Shown one piece after another: positions 42,988-52,988 of a stretch of 64,000 nt of DNA. The stretch is from an uncultured delta proteobacterium (lineage in GTDB: Bacteria > Desulfobacterota > Desulfomonilia > UBA1062), in assembly GCA_963785235.1 (NCBI GenBank), contig CAWAUM010000005.1, forward strand, positions 256,001 to 320,000, given 5' to 3'. The notes under the pieces were generated by a model. The model was not told the origin of the DNA and ran no database searches. It worked only from the letters and a program-made list of their open reading frames with translations. A program made the position numbers and the translations under genes. Numbering within the stretch: the stretch's first letter is position 1; every line of letters starts with the position of its first letter.

Positions 42988-43773
42988 TTACAATAATTTC
43001 TGCACAATATCCGTGAAAAGACCTAGCAGATAATCATCAAGATTGTCAATTGCCGACTTCCCGTCCCGGTCGTTGTTCAGGATTGTTTCAGAGTAGGGGA
43101 TCATACCGATGATTTTTGCTGCCCCCAGTGCGCTCATGATAAGATCTTCATCAGCCCGGGATTTTATCCTGTTGGCTATGACCGAAATATTTTGCAAGCC
43201 GATCTGAGATGCCATGGATGAGATGCGCTTGAACGATTCGATGGAACGCGTGCCCGGCTCCACGACCACGACAAAGGAAGTGACGCCCCGTGCCGTTGCC
43301 CGGCCGAGGTGTTCGATGCCGGGCTCCATATCCATATACAGAACCTCTCCCCGGTGCAGGATCAGGTCCTGAACAAGTGCGCTCAGGAGAACGTTCTCTG
43401 GGCAGGCGCACCCGGAGCCGCCCGATTGGATGGCTCCCAAAACGACAAGATCAATGCCTTTGTGATGATAGGCGTAGGTGTCGGCAATGTCCGAAACTTC
43501 CGGGTTGAGCTTGAAGATCTGCCCGTATTGCTGGACCTTGGCCCCGGTGCGCTCTTCAATGAGCCTTTTGTGTTTGGCAATAGTGACGATGTCCTTCTGC
43601 AGTTCCAGGGGAATCCCCAAGGCCGAGGCCAGGTTGGCATCCGGGTCGGCATCTATGGCCAGAACCTTATGGCCCATGCCTGCAGTTAAGAGGGAAAGGG
43701 CTGCAGTGATGGTGGATTTCCCCACCCCGCCTTTTCCGGTTATGGCAATCTTCTGAGCGTTTCTGATTTCCAT
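42988..43773 (-). CDS. cooC: CooC nickel-insertion ATPase (second copy)
   Basis: GKGGVGKS, DADPDANL, FKLNP, GGSGCACP, DMEPGIEHLGR. Confidence 0.9.
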   Translation of the reverse strand: MEIRNAQKIAITGKGGVGKSTITAALSLLTAGMGHKVLAIDADPDANLASALGIPLELQKDIVTIAKHKRLIEERTGAKVQQYGQIFKLNPEVSDIADTYAYHHKGIDLVVLGAIQSGGSGCACPENVLLSALVQDLILHRGEVLYMDMEPGIEHLGRATARGVTSFVVVVEPGTRSIESFKRISSMASQIGLQNISVIANRIKSRADEDLIMSALGAAKIIGMIPYSETILNNDRDGKSAIDNLDDYLLGLFTDIVQKLL

Positions 43774-43775
43774 TC

Positions 43776-44810
43776 TTATGGTATCTCCGTTGTGTGCATG
43801 TGATAGGCAAAGACCCGTACCTGGCCGGTAAGTCCTTTGAGCCGTATGTCGGTTTCCCGGAAACCCTTTTGAAAGGCCACGACTTCCGAAAAGGTGTTTT
43901 CGTCAACGAGGATCTCCAGAGGTTGAGCCTTTTCCTGCAGGCGGGCAGCGAGATTGACATGGTGACCCACCACGCTGAAGGATTTGCGCACAAGGCTTCC
44001 CAGTATTCCCACTGCCACAGGACCGGTGGAGATGCCGATACCGACTTCCAGCACGGGTTTGCCTTCAACGGTGAGGTGAGCGTTGAGCTCATGCACGGCA
44101 GAGAGGATCTTCAGCGCAGCCACCACGGCCTGGTGAGGAGGAGACACGGAAATGGTCAGGATACCGAATACGCCCATGACCGCATCGCCCATGATCTTGT
44201 CCACCACGGCCGATTCTTCCAGCAGCGGTTGGATCATGGCATCCAGGTAACGGTTGAGTGTGGCAAAGACCACCTCCGGGGGATTTACCTCGCTGAAGGA
44301 GGTGAACCCGCGGATGTCGGCGAACAGGATGCTCACATGCCTGCGCTCGCCGGTTTCGCAGATGGCGACCTTACCTTCTTCAAGTGCCTTGACCAGTTCT
44401 TTTCCCAGGTACTGGTCGAGCATCTTGGCATGCCTTTCGCGCAGGTACGTATACTCGGTGGCCTTTTCAAAAAGGTGCAGGTGGTTAAGCTCGTCGTCAG
44501 TGACCTGGAGGAAGAGCACCCAGTGCCGGCGGCCGTCTTTGATGATATGTACATCAGCCCATCGGGCCGAATCGACCTGCACGCAGGGGAGAACCAGGTC
44601 GGCAGGTTTCAGGGGCAGAAGTCCTTCAAGGAAAGGGACCTGATCGAGCACGGATTTACCGACTTCCAGGTGGCCGAGTCCGTAGAGAGAGCAGTCCCCT
44701 CTGTAGTCTTCCAGTTTCTCGTTTCTGCCGACAACGAGATAGGCGGGCTTGCGTTCCTGAAGTTTGTGATCCACGAGATAGGCGGCAAGTTCGGCAGGCA
44801 GGTGTTTCAT
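43776..44810 (-). CDS. Class III adenylate/guanylate cyclase with N-terminal PAS-like region
   Basis: FADIRGFT, DKIMGDAVM, GISTG, VNLAARL; ATG overlaps the GTPase TGA (ATGA). Confidence 0.85.
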   Translation of the reverse strand: MKHLPAELAAYLVDHKLQERKPAYLVVGRNEKLEDYRGDCSLYGLGHLEVGKSVLDQVPFLEGLLPLKPADLVLPCVQVDSARWADVHIIKDGRRHWVLFLQVTDDELNHLHLFEKATEYTYLRERHAKMLDQYLGKELVKALEEGKVAICETGERRHVSILFADIRGFTSFSEVNPPEVVFATLNRYLDAMIQPLLEESAVVDKIMGDAVMGVFGILTISVSPPHQAVVAALKILSAVHELNAHLTVEGKPVLEVGIGISTGPVAVGILGSLVRKSFSVVGHHVNLAARLQEKAQPLEILVDENTFSEVVAFQKGFRETDIRLKGLTGQVRVFAYHMHTTEIP

Positions 44811-45316
44811 TTCACTCCCCACAGCCTGCGGGCAAGGTTCTCTATGGCAGTATGGATTGTTATTCCTCCATGCGCACTGCATGAGTACACATCAGACACC
44901 CGCGCATGAACGCTTGAAAGAAACGTATCATCCACTTCCCATATATCATTCAGGTCCAGCTTGTTGATCAACAGCACATGGGGTATGTTGCCGACGATTT
45001 TCTCCATGCGCGCATGCAGATCCATGGCGCAGTCCAGGGTGGCCCGGCGTGTGCCGTCCGCTACCAGGACATAGCCGTCGCTTCCATAGAGATATGCCGG
45101 GTCAATGCGGTAAAACTCGCTCTCGCCCCTGATGTCCCAGACGACAAGCTCTTTGAGGCGCTCACTGATGGCCACAACAACCCTGGTGATCCTCACCCCG
45201 AGGGTCGACTGATACCCGCTGCTGAATACCGAGCCTGAATAGCTCGCAACAAGGCTCGTCTTCCCCACGGCCGCAGCCCCGATTATGCAGATCTTTTTTC
45301 TGCGCATATCCTGCAT
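44807..45316 (-). CDS. Ras/Rab-like small GTPase (Rup type)
   Basis: G1 GAAAVGKTS, G2 STLG, G3 WDIRG, G4 NKLD, G5 SAH; 169 aa. Confidence 0.85.
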   Translation of the reverse strand: MQDMRRKKICIIGAAAVGKTSLVASYSGSVFSSGYQSTLGVRITRVVVAISERLKELVVWDIRGESEFYRIDPAYLYGSDGYVLVADGTRRATLDCAMDLHARMEKIVGNIPHVLLINKLDLNDIWEVDDTFLSSVHARVSDVYSCSAHGGITIHTAIENLARRLWGVK

Positions 45317-45459
45317 GTGAATCCCTTTTATTCCCAGGACACCTATATAGGCAGCACCTTCCCTGAGATTGGCAAGTACTTGCGTTTGTCCTGGAAATCT
45401 GAAAAAGAGACAATACCTTCTGGGATTATGATTTGCAACGGCCAGTTACAATGGATCAA

Positions 45460-45678
45460 TCCGCTTTTTGCCATTGCATGAACCCATGAATACTCTATGC
45501 ATCATGATTTGATCATAAACTCATAGTAACCTTGGAATTGTCTTTAAAAATAGGTCTGTTAAAACCTGCATCTCGCAGCCTTCGCGGGATACTAACTAGC
45601 GCCGAACAACAGGCTGCGAGATTCAGGGTTTTGAACGGATAAGGTTTTTTTACGCATTCTTGAACTACAACATCCGGC
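45460..45678 (+). mobile_element. MITE-like element, copy C
   Basis: Degenerate ends ccgctttttgc / caacatccgg; cataaactcatagt leader; hairpin with tctcgcagcc / ggctgcgaga. Confidence 0.6.
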
Positions 45679-45715
45679 TTGGATTTATATACGCAGGGAA
45701 GGGGTTTATCCTATG

Positions 45716-47350
45716 TCAGACCATCCGGTGATCCCGGCCGGTCTTGTGCAGGTAGTACTCATAATCCCCTTCGTAGATGCGCATCTCGCCGTGGTCGATC
45801 TCGAAGACCCGGTTCACCAGGCAGCGCAGGAAATGCCGGTCGTGGCTCACCAGGATCACGGTGCCGGGAAACCGCTGGAGGGCATCGAGCTGGATTTCGC
45901 GGGTCAGTATGTCAAGGTGATTGGTTGGCTCGTCCAAGACCAGGACATTGACCGGCCTGGCCATGATGGTGGCAAGGACCACACGGCTCTTTTCCCCGCC
46001 CGAGAGGCTTTTGATGCTCTTCTCCACGTCATCCCCCTGGAACAGGTATGCGGCGCACAGATTCCTGACCGTACCGAAGGTGGCATTGGGCATGGCGTCC
46101 TGCATGGTTTCCATGACGGTCTTGTTGGGGTCGAGCAGGTCCATGGAGTGCTGGCTGAAGTAGCCAATGTTCACATTGGCCCCGATGGTGACGCTGCCGG
46201 AAGTTGGTTCGGTCTGGGAGGAAAGCACCTTGAGGAAGGTGGACTTGCCGGCGCCGTTGACACCTACCACCGCGATCTTTTCCTGGCGGCGGATCATCCC
46301 GGAGACCCCGCTGAATACGGGTTTATCTTTGCCGTTGAACAGAGGCCAGGTCTTTCCGAGGTTATCGAGCTTGAACACATCGTCACCGCTGCGGGGCGGT
46401 TCGGCAAAATCGAACCTGACCCTTTTCTGCTCGGGGGGAAGCTCGATACGTTCGATCTTTTCAAGCTTCTTCACCCGGGACTGCACCTGGGACCCGTGTG
46501 AGGCCCTGGCTGCGAAGCGGGCAATGAATTCCTCTTCCTTGGAGAGCATCTCCTGCTGGCGGCGATGGCTGGCAAAAAGCTGTTCGCGGCGGACTTCCCG
46601 CTCGCGCAGATAGAAGTCATAGTTGCCGCTGTAGGTGGTTATGGTCTTGTTTGCCACCTCGACAATGCGCTTGGCGATGCGGTTCATGAAGTCACGGTCG
46701 TGGCAGGTCATGAAGAGGGCACCCTTGAATTCATTGGCGAGCCATTCTTCCAGCCAGATGATGGATTCCACATCCAGGTGGTTGGTGGGCTCGTCAAGCA
46801 GCAGCACGTCGGGGTTCAATGTGAGGATCTTGGCCAGGGCGATGCGCATCTTCCAGCCGCCGCTGAAGGATTCCACCGGGTTATTATAATCATCCGGCCC
46901 AATGCCCAGTCCGGTTAAAACTGCCTGTGCCCGGCTTTCCAGGTCGTAGCCGCCGCCATGCTCGAACTCAGAGAGAGCCTCGCCGTAGCGTTCGAGTAGC
47001 GATGCCATGTCGTCATCGTCCATGGGCTCGCACATGGCCGCTTCCATCTCCTTGATCTGCCTTTCCAGCAGCATCACCTTGACGGAAACGGACATGACCT
47101 CTTCCAATGCAGTGCAGCCGGACATGTCTCCCACGTCCTGGGAGAAGTAGCCTACAACGGTCTTTTTAGCCTTTGATATCTCACCGGAATCACATTCTTC
47201 CTCACCCATGATGAGGCGGAAGATGCTTGTCTTGCCCGAACCATTAGGGCCCACGAGACCGGTGCGGGTGCCGGGCAGGATCTGGAAGCTGGCGTCTTTG
47301 AACAGTACCTGCGATCCGTACTGTTTGCTGATGTTTGTCAGATGTATCAT
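45716..47350 (-). CDS. ABC-F family ribosome-associated ATPase
   Basis: Two ABC domains (GPNGSGKT, FSGGW, LDEPTNHLD; GVNGAGKS, LSGGEK) and no TM segments. Confidence 0.92.
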   Translation of the reverse strand: MIHLTNISKQYGSQVLFKDASFQILPGTRTGLVGPNGSGKTSIFRLIMGEEECDSGEISKAKKTVVGYFSQDVGDMSGCTALEEVMSVSVKVMLLERQIKEMEAAMCEPMDDDDMASLLERYGEALSEFEHGGGYDLESRAQAVLTGLGIGPDDYNNPVESFSGGWKMRIALAKILTLNPDVLLLDEPTNHLDVESIIWLEEWLANEFKGALFMTCHDRDFMNRIAKRIVEVANKTITTYSGNYDFYLREREVRREQLFASHRRQQEMLSKEEEFIARFAARASHGSQVQSRVKKLEKIERIELPPEQKRVRFDFAEPPRSGDDVFKLDNLGKTWPLFNGKDKPVFSGVSGMIRRQEKIAVVGVNGAGKSTFLKVLSSQTEPTSGSVTIGANVNIGYFSQHSMDLLDPNKTVMETMQDAMPNATFGTVRNLCAAYLFQGDDVEKSIKSLSGGEKSRVVLATIMARPVNVLVLDEPTNHLDILTREIQLDALQRFPGTVILVSHDRHFLRCLVNRVFEIDHGEMRIYEGDYEYYLHKTGRDHRMV

Positions 47351-47461
47351 GGTGCCGGCTCCATAAAAAGTGTGGCCGTGGTATCATAGCGAGATTCGAT
47401 CTGCAAATTAAGTTTGTTTAAGAATGCCTTCACGATCTTCACTTTCGCTCAGTGATTTCAA

Positions 47462-49286
47462 TCAATCCTTAACAAGGAGCATAACACAGTTCGGGCAGTC
47501 AAAAACAAGGCGGAAGCGTCGGAGCGCATTCTCAATATACAGGGGTTCTGCAAGAGGAACCTGGTTCTTCTTTCGGCTGCAGGCATTCAGGCATCTGCGA
47601 AGGCAGTGCTTTGTTCTCATGACCACGGCACCCGGTGCAGGCTGTTGCTGCTCAAAGGCGGGCTCAATGGCGGTGATCCCATGCCTCTGGTAGAATTCGC
47701 GGGCAGCATGGTTGCTGATGTTATAGCTGTAGTCCAATTCGGGTACAGGGTAGGGGGCAGAGGTGTCCGGAACGGCTCGGGACTTAAGGCGCTTGTATGC
47801 CTGGTCTCGATTGTCTTCCATAAGGGAGATAAGGTCCCGACGCAGCTGGTTGAGCTCTGATGCCCGGAGGAAATAGGGCCTTGTTTCAAGGTTCAGGGAT
47901 GCGAGAGAAAACATGCTGTCGTTCAATTTGGAGAGCTGCTTTTTCATGGTTGCCACAGCGGCCTCAGGTTTTTCCGCCGGCTCCTTGGCAGTTAAGAGGG
48001 TTGCTATGCCATGGATTCCGTCTTCGTCAATACCCTCAAGCGCGAAGCCATCAGGGATTTCCCGAAAGGTCATATACAGGGCGATCTTTCGTACCGAGGC
48101 TCGGGCATCCAGGTGTTTGAGAAATTGATGGTCCCGGTTGCGGAAGATGGTCATGCCTGGCTGAAGCCCGCCGCATGCCAGGTGAACCTGCGTGCGCTGG
48201 TCAATCACCTTGATTACCTGAAGGCCCTGGAGTTCTCTCTTCTCGTCAAAAAAACACAGGCCGTCGCCTGGATTGAGTGCAGGGGAACCTCTTGTGAGTT
48301 CGAACCAATCAGGTCCGCACTTTATAACCGTGCCTATTTCTTCGCCCATTGACTTGGGTGTATCGGGTGACCAGATATCATCTGATTCGTTGTTTCATAA
48401 AATATGTGGTGGCTCCCCGGCAGAAGGTCTTCCCAGGATCCGGGGTGAAAGGAATTTCAGTACGACCGCTGGAGGCGCGTTTAAGTTCAGGCCGTGCCTC
48501 GATTATTCTGTCCAGCAGGGTGCTGTAAAAGGCCGTGACATTTCTGACATAGCTTATGTCTTTGAGCCTGCCCTCGATCTTGAAGGCAGTGATGCCGGAG
48601 TCAATCATGTCAACCAGGCAAGAGGAGCGATTCATGTCCTTAAGGCTTAATAGGAAACGATTATGTTCAAGCACTTGGCCATCGGCATCGGTAAGGGTCC
48701 AGGGCAGGCGGCAGGGTTGGCCGCAGGTCCCCCGGTTGGAGCTGCGGCCGCCAAGGGAGGCGCTCAGATAGCAGCGGCCGCTGTATCCCACGCACAAGGC
48801 ACCGTGGACAAAGGCCTCAAGCTCTATTGTTGTTTTTCCTCGGATCTCGCGGATCTGTGATAAAGTCAGCTCACGGGCCAGTATGACACGGCCGAATCCC
48901 ACCTGTTCCAGAAACCGGATATGGGAGGCCTCTGCATTGTGCATCTGGGTGCTGGCAATAAGGGGAAAGGGCGGCAGATCGAGCTCCAGCAGCCCCATAT
49001 CCTGGATGATCAGGGCATCAACCCCGGCATCCCAGGCCTGCCTGGCAAGCATCCTGGCCGAGTCAAGTTCGTCATCAAAGACAATGGTGTTCAGCGTCAG
49101 GTACACCTTTGCACGGAAGCGATGGGCATAGCGGGCGAGCGTTTCGATGTCGGCAAGAGAATTCCCGGCAGCGGAACGTGCGCCAAAGGATGGGCCGCCG
49201 ATGTAGACTGCATCGGCGCCATTATCAATGGCTGCCTTGCCGCATTCAAGATCTTTTGCCGGCGATAGAAGTTCTATGGGTGTCAT
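47462..49286 (-). CDS. rlhA: Peptidase U32 family with DUF3656 (RlhA-like 23S rRNA hydroxylase); frameshift near 48380
   Basis: ELLSPA, GADAVY, FVHGALC..YSGRC, NRG.C.QPCR, KIEGR; C-terminal LNQLRR, NISN, TKHCL. Confidence 0.78.
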
Positions 49287-49492
49287 TACCGGTCTTCTAG
49301 TACAAGCCCGGGTGAGATGACAATATCTAAGATATTGTACTAGGTATTGCCTGGTATTTGGCTGGGGTTAATTTAGTAGCATACCTTGGCCTGATCTGTG
49401 GTAAAAAATATAAACATAGATGATGGTAGCTCTGAAACATCAGCTGCTATCGAAGAGGAAGTTCGGATCCATCTGGGAAAAAGGGGGCGATA

Positions 49493-49673
49493 CATGGCCC
49501 GAAAGGAAAAAGGAATTGATATGAGAAAGATCATAAATAAGGTATTCGATTACATAAATAATTCAAAGAACAAGTCGGATGTCTTCAGTGCGGTCGAATG
49601 TAAGAATGCTACCGTATCTGAGACAGAAACCCATTATAAATGGTGGGGGGATGATCGGTACGAGCCCATTTAG
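49493..49673 (+). CDS. Small hypothetical protein
   Basis: Purine-rich RBS candidates before ATGs at 49493 and 49521; no recognisable family. Confidence 0.3.
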
Positions 49674-49847
49674 CTCGGATATTTATGTCTGAGATACGTG
49701 AAAACCTGAAGATAATAAATTATACCAGATCCAGGCCGAGAGTCTCGTAAGAATAAATCTGCAAAATCCAATAAATCCAATCTTGTTTTTCCTGTCTTTT
49801 CAGTTTTACCCCAAGACTTCCAGTTCAGAAAAAATCGATAACCTATT

Positions 49848-50786
49848 TCATTTACCCCTGCATCGTGCTTGCAGGGCAGCGATGTCTTCCGGTGCAAGTT
49901 CGAGTGCCTCGGATTGATTCAGGCGGAACATAAGTGCTTGAGGGTTAATGTTATGTTCCAGCCCCAGGGCATGACCAAGCTCATGGGCCAATACACGTAC
50001 CAGCCTGTCATGGTTATTGAAATGAAAGACTGTTATAGTCTGTGAGTTGTTCCTTTTTTCATACAGACCTTCATTGAACTCTTTACCCAGCACATCGCCG
50101 GCATTGTTGTAATTCACTACATCAAGGTTCAGGTTTGATGCGATGCCATTGATGACCACCACCAGAGAGTTCAAGGTGTCAATAATACTTTTCAGCTCCT
50201 GGGCGCGCAATTGCAGGTCAGAGCGCAGGGAATCCAGGGATTCCTTTTCGGACTTCAGGCGTTGGTGTACTTCTTCAGGTACCCCGGCATTTCCGGACAT
50301 GATATTGATTTGCGCATTTAAGGCACTGACCTGTTGGTTGTAAGAAGCCATATCTGCTGTATAGGCAGCATCTTTCTCTTTAAACTCCTTATCCAGGTTT
50401 TCAATATGTACCTTAAGGACATCATAGGACCCTTTTGTGTTATTGATAGTGCCGCTTATTTTCTTCAGTTTGTCCGCTGCGGCCTGGCGATAGTCATAAA
50501 CAAGGTTAATTTCAACAGAGCCCTTGGGATCCTCACGGAAAAGCTCTTGGTTTGATGCCTTAACCCAGATAGATGTCGCAGCGCTAACAGCCTGTGCAAC
50601 TTCATCGTTGCTCAGGCCGAACCTTGGATCAATGGAGCCGATATGATACGTCACAGGATCAGAGCACGAACCGGGCTGGATTCGATAGATGCTCACGATC
50701 AGCAAAATGGTGATGAGGAAAAGCAATACCCAGATACTTGATCTTGGGATAGTAACAGTTCCGGATTTTTTCATTCCTGTGCCCAT
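49848..50786 (-). CDS. Matrixin (M10) family metalloprotease with coiled-coil insert
   Basis: N-terminal TM, IGSIDPRFGL, long coiled coil, HELGHALGLEH...ALM. Confidence 0.82.
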   Translation of the reverse strand: MGTGMKKSGTVTIPRSSIWVLLFLITILLIVSIYRIQPGSCSDPVTYHIGSIDPRFGLSNDEVAQAVSAATSIWVKASNQELFREDPKGSVEINLVYDYRQAAADKLKKISGTINNTKGSYDVLKVHIENLDKEFKEKDAAYTADMASYNQQVSALNAQINIMSGNAGVPEEVHQRLKSEKESLDSLRSDLQLRAQELKSIIDTLNSLVVVINGIASNLNLDVVNYNNAGDVLGKEFNEGLYEKRNNSQTITVFHFNNHDRLVRVLAHELGHALGLEHNINPQALMFRLNQSEALELAPEDIAALQARCRGK

Positions 50787-50935
50787 GTGAAAATATTTCG
50801 GGATTTTCATACCAGGTCTTGAAAGGACAGTTAAATGTAATAAGAGAGCATCATATAAACCAGTATCAGAGTGCTTGACCTTTGTGAGTCCAATAGGTAA
50901 TAACCCAGGCAAATTTTTATCGAGAAGGTAGGCTG

Positions 50936-51862
50936 ATGAGAAATATAAATAATCTGAAGGGTTTTTCGTACGTGTTCAGAAGGCTGATTGATGCATTCAT
51001 AGTGGTTTTTTGTATTCTGGCCTTTCTTTCGTGCGCACATAAGGAGATACCAAAAGAAACACCACCACTTCCAAAACCCGCAAAGATAGCGGTTGTACTC
51101 GGGGCCGGTGCATCCAAGGGATTTGCCCATATCGGTGTTTTGAAGGTGCTCGAGACACAGAAGATTCCCATCCACATGATCGTAGGGACAAGCGCCGGCA
51201 GTTTGGTTGGAAGCTTATATGCCTATGGATTCGATGCCTTTACCCTTCAAAGTGTAGCCATGAAGGTGGAGAAGAGTGATGTGATTGACTATACAATACC
51301 TGACAATGGGTTCATCAAGGGTGAAAAGCTTGAAGCATTCATCAACAAAACCGTAAAAAACACCCCTATAGATAAATTGAAGATCCGTTTTTATGCAGTT
51401 GCAACAGATATCTCCAATGGCGAAGAGGTGGCCTTTGCAAAGGGCAATACAGGGGAGGCTGTTCGGGCAAGCTGTTCCGTACCAGGTGTATTCCAGCCGA
51501 AAAGGATCGGGGGAAAGACCTATATGGATGGCGGTGTTGTCAGCCCTGTTGCCGTTGACGTGGCAAGGCGATACGGGGCCGATGTGGTAATTGCAGTAGA
51601 CATCTCGGGTGGCATAGCAGGCGAAGTTCCACAGGGAATTGTGGACACCATGATGAAGTCTGTTGACATTATGTATTCCAATATTGCCGCCTATCAGGTC
51701 AAGAAGGCTGACATCGTGATACGTCCGAATGTGAAAAATATCGGATCAACAGAAATGGAAAAGCGTCATGAGGCTATCCTGGAGGGAGAAAAGGCGGCAA
51801 TGGAGGCATTGCCGGCTATTCAGAAGATCATCGCCAGGCTCAAACAGGAAGGAAGGTTGTAG
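50936..51862 (+). CDS. Patatin-like phospholipase (probable lipoprotein)
   Basis: FLSC lipobox-like, GAGASKGFAHIG, GTSAG, DGG. Confidence 0.9.
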   Translation: MRNINNLKGFSYVFRRLIDAFIVVFCILAFLSCAHKEIPKETPPLPKPAKIAVVLGAGASKGFAHIGVLKVLETQKIPIHMIVGTSAGSLVGSLYAYGFDAFTLQSVAMKVEKSDVIDYTIPDNGFIKGEKLEAFINKTVKNTPIDKLKIRFYAVATDISNGEEVAFAKGNTGEAVRASCSVPGVFQPKRIGGKTYMDGGVVSPVAVDVARRYGADVVIAVDISGGIAGEVPQGIVDTMMKSVDIMYSNIAAYQVKKADIVIRPNVKNIGSTEMEKRHEAILEGEKAAMEALPAIQKIIARLKQEGRL

Positions 51863-51866
51863 ATAC

Positions 51867-52987
51867 CTACCTGAATGTGGCGCGGAAGCGTATCATGGCG
51901 CCGATGAAAAGTACGGTCCCTATGGCTGCCATGGCAAGAAGCTGCGGCCAGACCACACCGATTCCGGCATCCCTGAACAGCACACGTGAACAGAATTCCA
52001 TATAGTGCGTGGTCGGGGCGAATTGCATGATGATCTGGAGGAACCTGGGCATGGACTCCAGTGGGGGTTATCCCGCCGTTCAGCATGGAGATGGGCACGA
52101 TAATGGGCATGCTCAGAAGACCTGCCTGGGGCTGATTCTTGGCAATAGTTGCAAGGAAAACACCCAGTTCGGTTGTCGCATAGAGAAAGACAATGGTCCC
52201 CAGAAAGAAAAGCGGCGTCGAACCGTGGATAGGGGCCCCGATGACCCACTTGATGGAAAAGAAGAGTGCAAACATCGCCCCGGCCACCACGATAAAGCTG
52301 TTCGCCCAGACCTTGGCTATGGTGATCTCCAAGGGGACAAGGGGCATGACGAGCAGGTGCTCCACGGTCCCCCGTTCCTTTTCCTTGATAAGGGCTGCAG
52401 CAGGCAGGATGATGGAGAGCAGCGTGATCATGTGCGTAAGGAAAACAACACTCATGAACCAGGAGCTTTCGCGGTTCTGATTGTACAGCACGCGGGTGGT
52501 TACCTGGACGGGTGGTACCAGCGGCTTCTGGTGCTCCATGCAGATAGGTCTGTATCTCGTCGTTGATAATCCTGCTCAGGTAGGATGTGCCGAGTTTTGC
52601 ATGGCCGATGGCCGTGGCATCGACATCTATGCTGACCTCGGGAGTTTTGCCGGAGAGGAGATCTTTTTGAAAACCCGATGGGATATGAATGACAAAGATA
52701 TATTCTGCCCTGTCCAAGACCTGGTTGATCTCCTGGAATGCGATGGCCTGGGGTTTCTGGAAATAGGGCAGCTGAATAGCGTCGATGATCCGGGCAGAAA
52801 GAGGTGACTGATCTTCGTCAACATAGGCCACGGAAGAGTTGCGCACCTGCAGCCCGGTGCCCTTTGACGGGACAATGACCATGACGGTAAAGGAATAGAT
52901 GACCAGGACAACCAGGACATAGTCATAACGGAAACTGATGAGTTCCTTCAAACCGAGCCGGTAGATGTGCCAGAGTTTTCTGATCAT
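51867..52987 (-). CDS. ABC-2 permease (YhhJ-like); frameshifted
   Basis: LGLKEL, VDED.S..S, DAT, KEKERGTVEHLLVMP, PTTHY. Confidence 0.8.
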
Positions 52988-52988
52988 G

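Noticed and set aside
45369-45384. ttggcaagtacttgc as a sigma-54 promoter
   Set aside because: GG-GC spacing is 9 rather than 10 and it points away from the GTPase; kept only as a palindrome.
36615-46501. Long plus-strand ORFs (36615-37694, 39445-40863, 43794-44909, 45713-46501)
   Set aside because: Antisense shadows of GC-rich minus-strand genes with no recognisable motifs.
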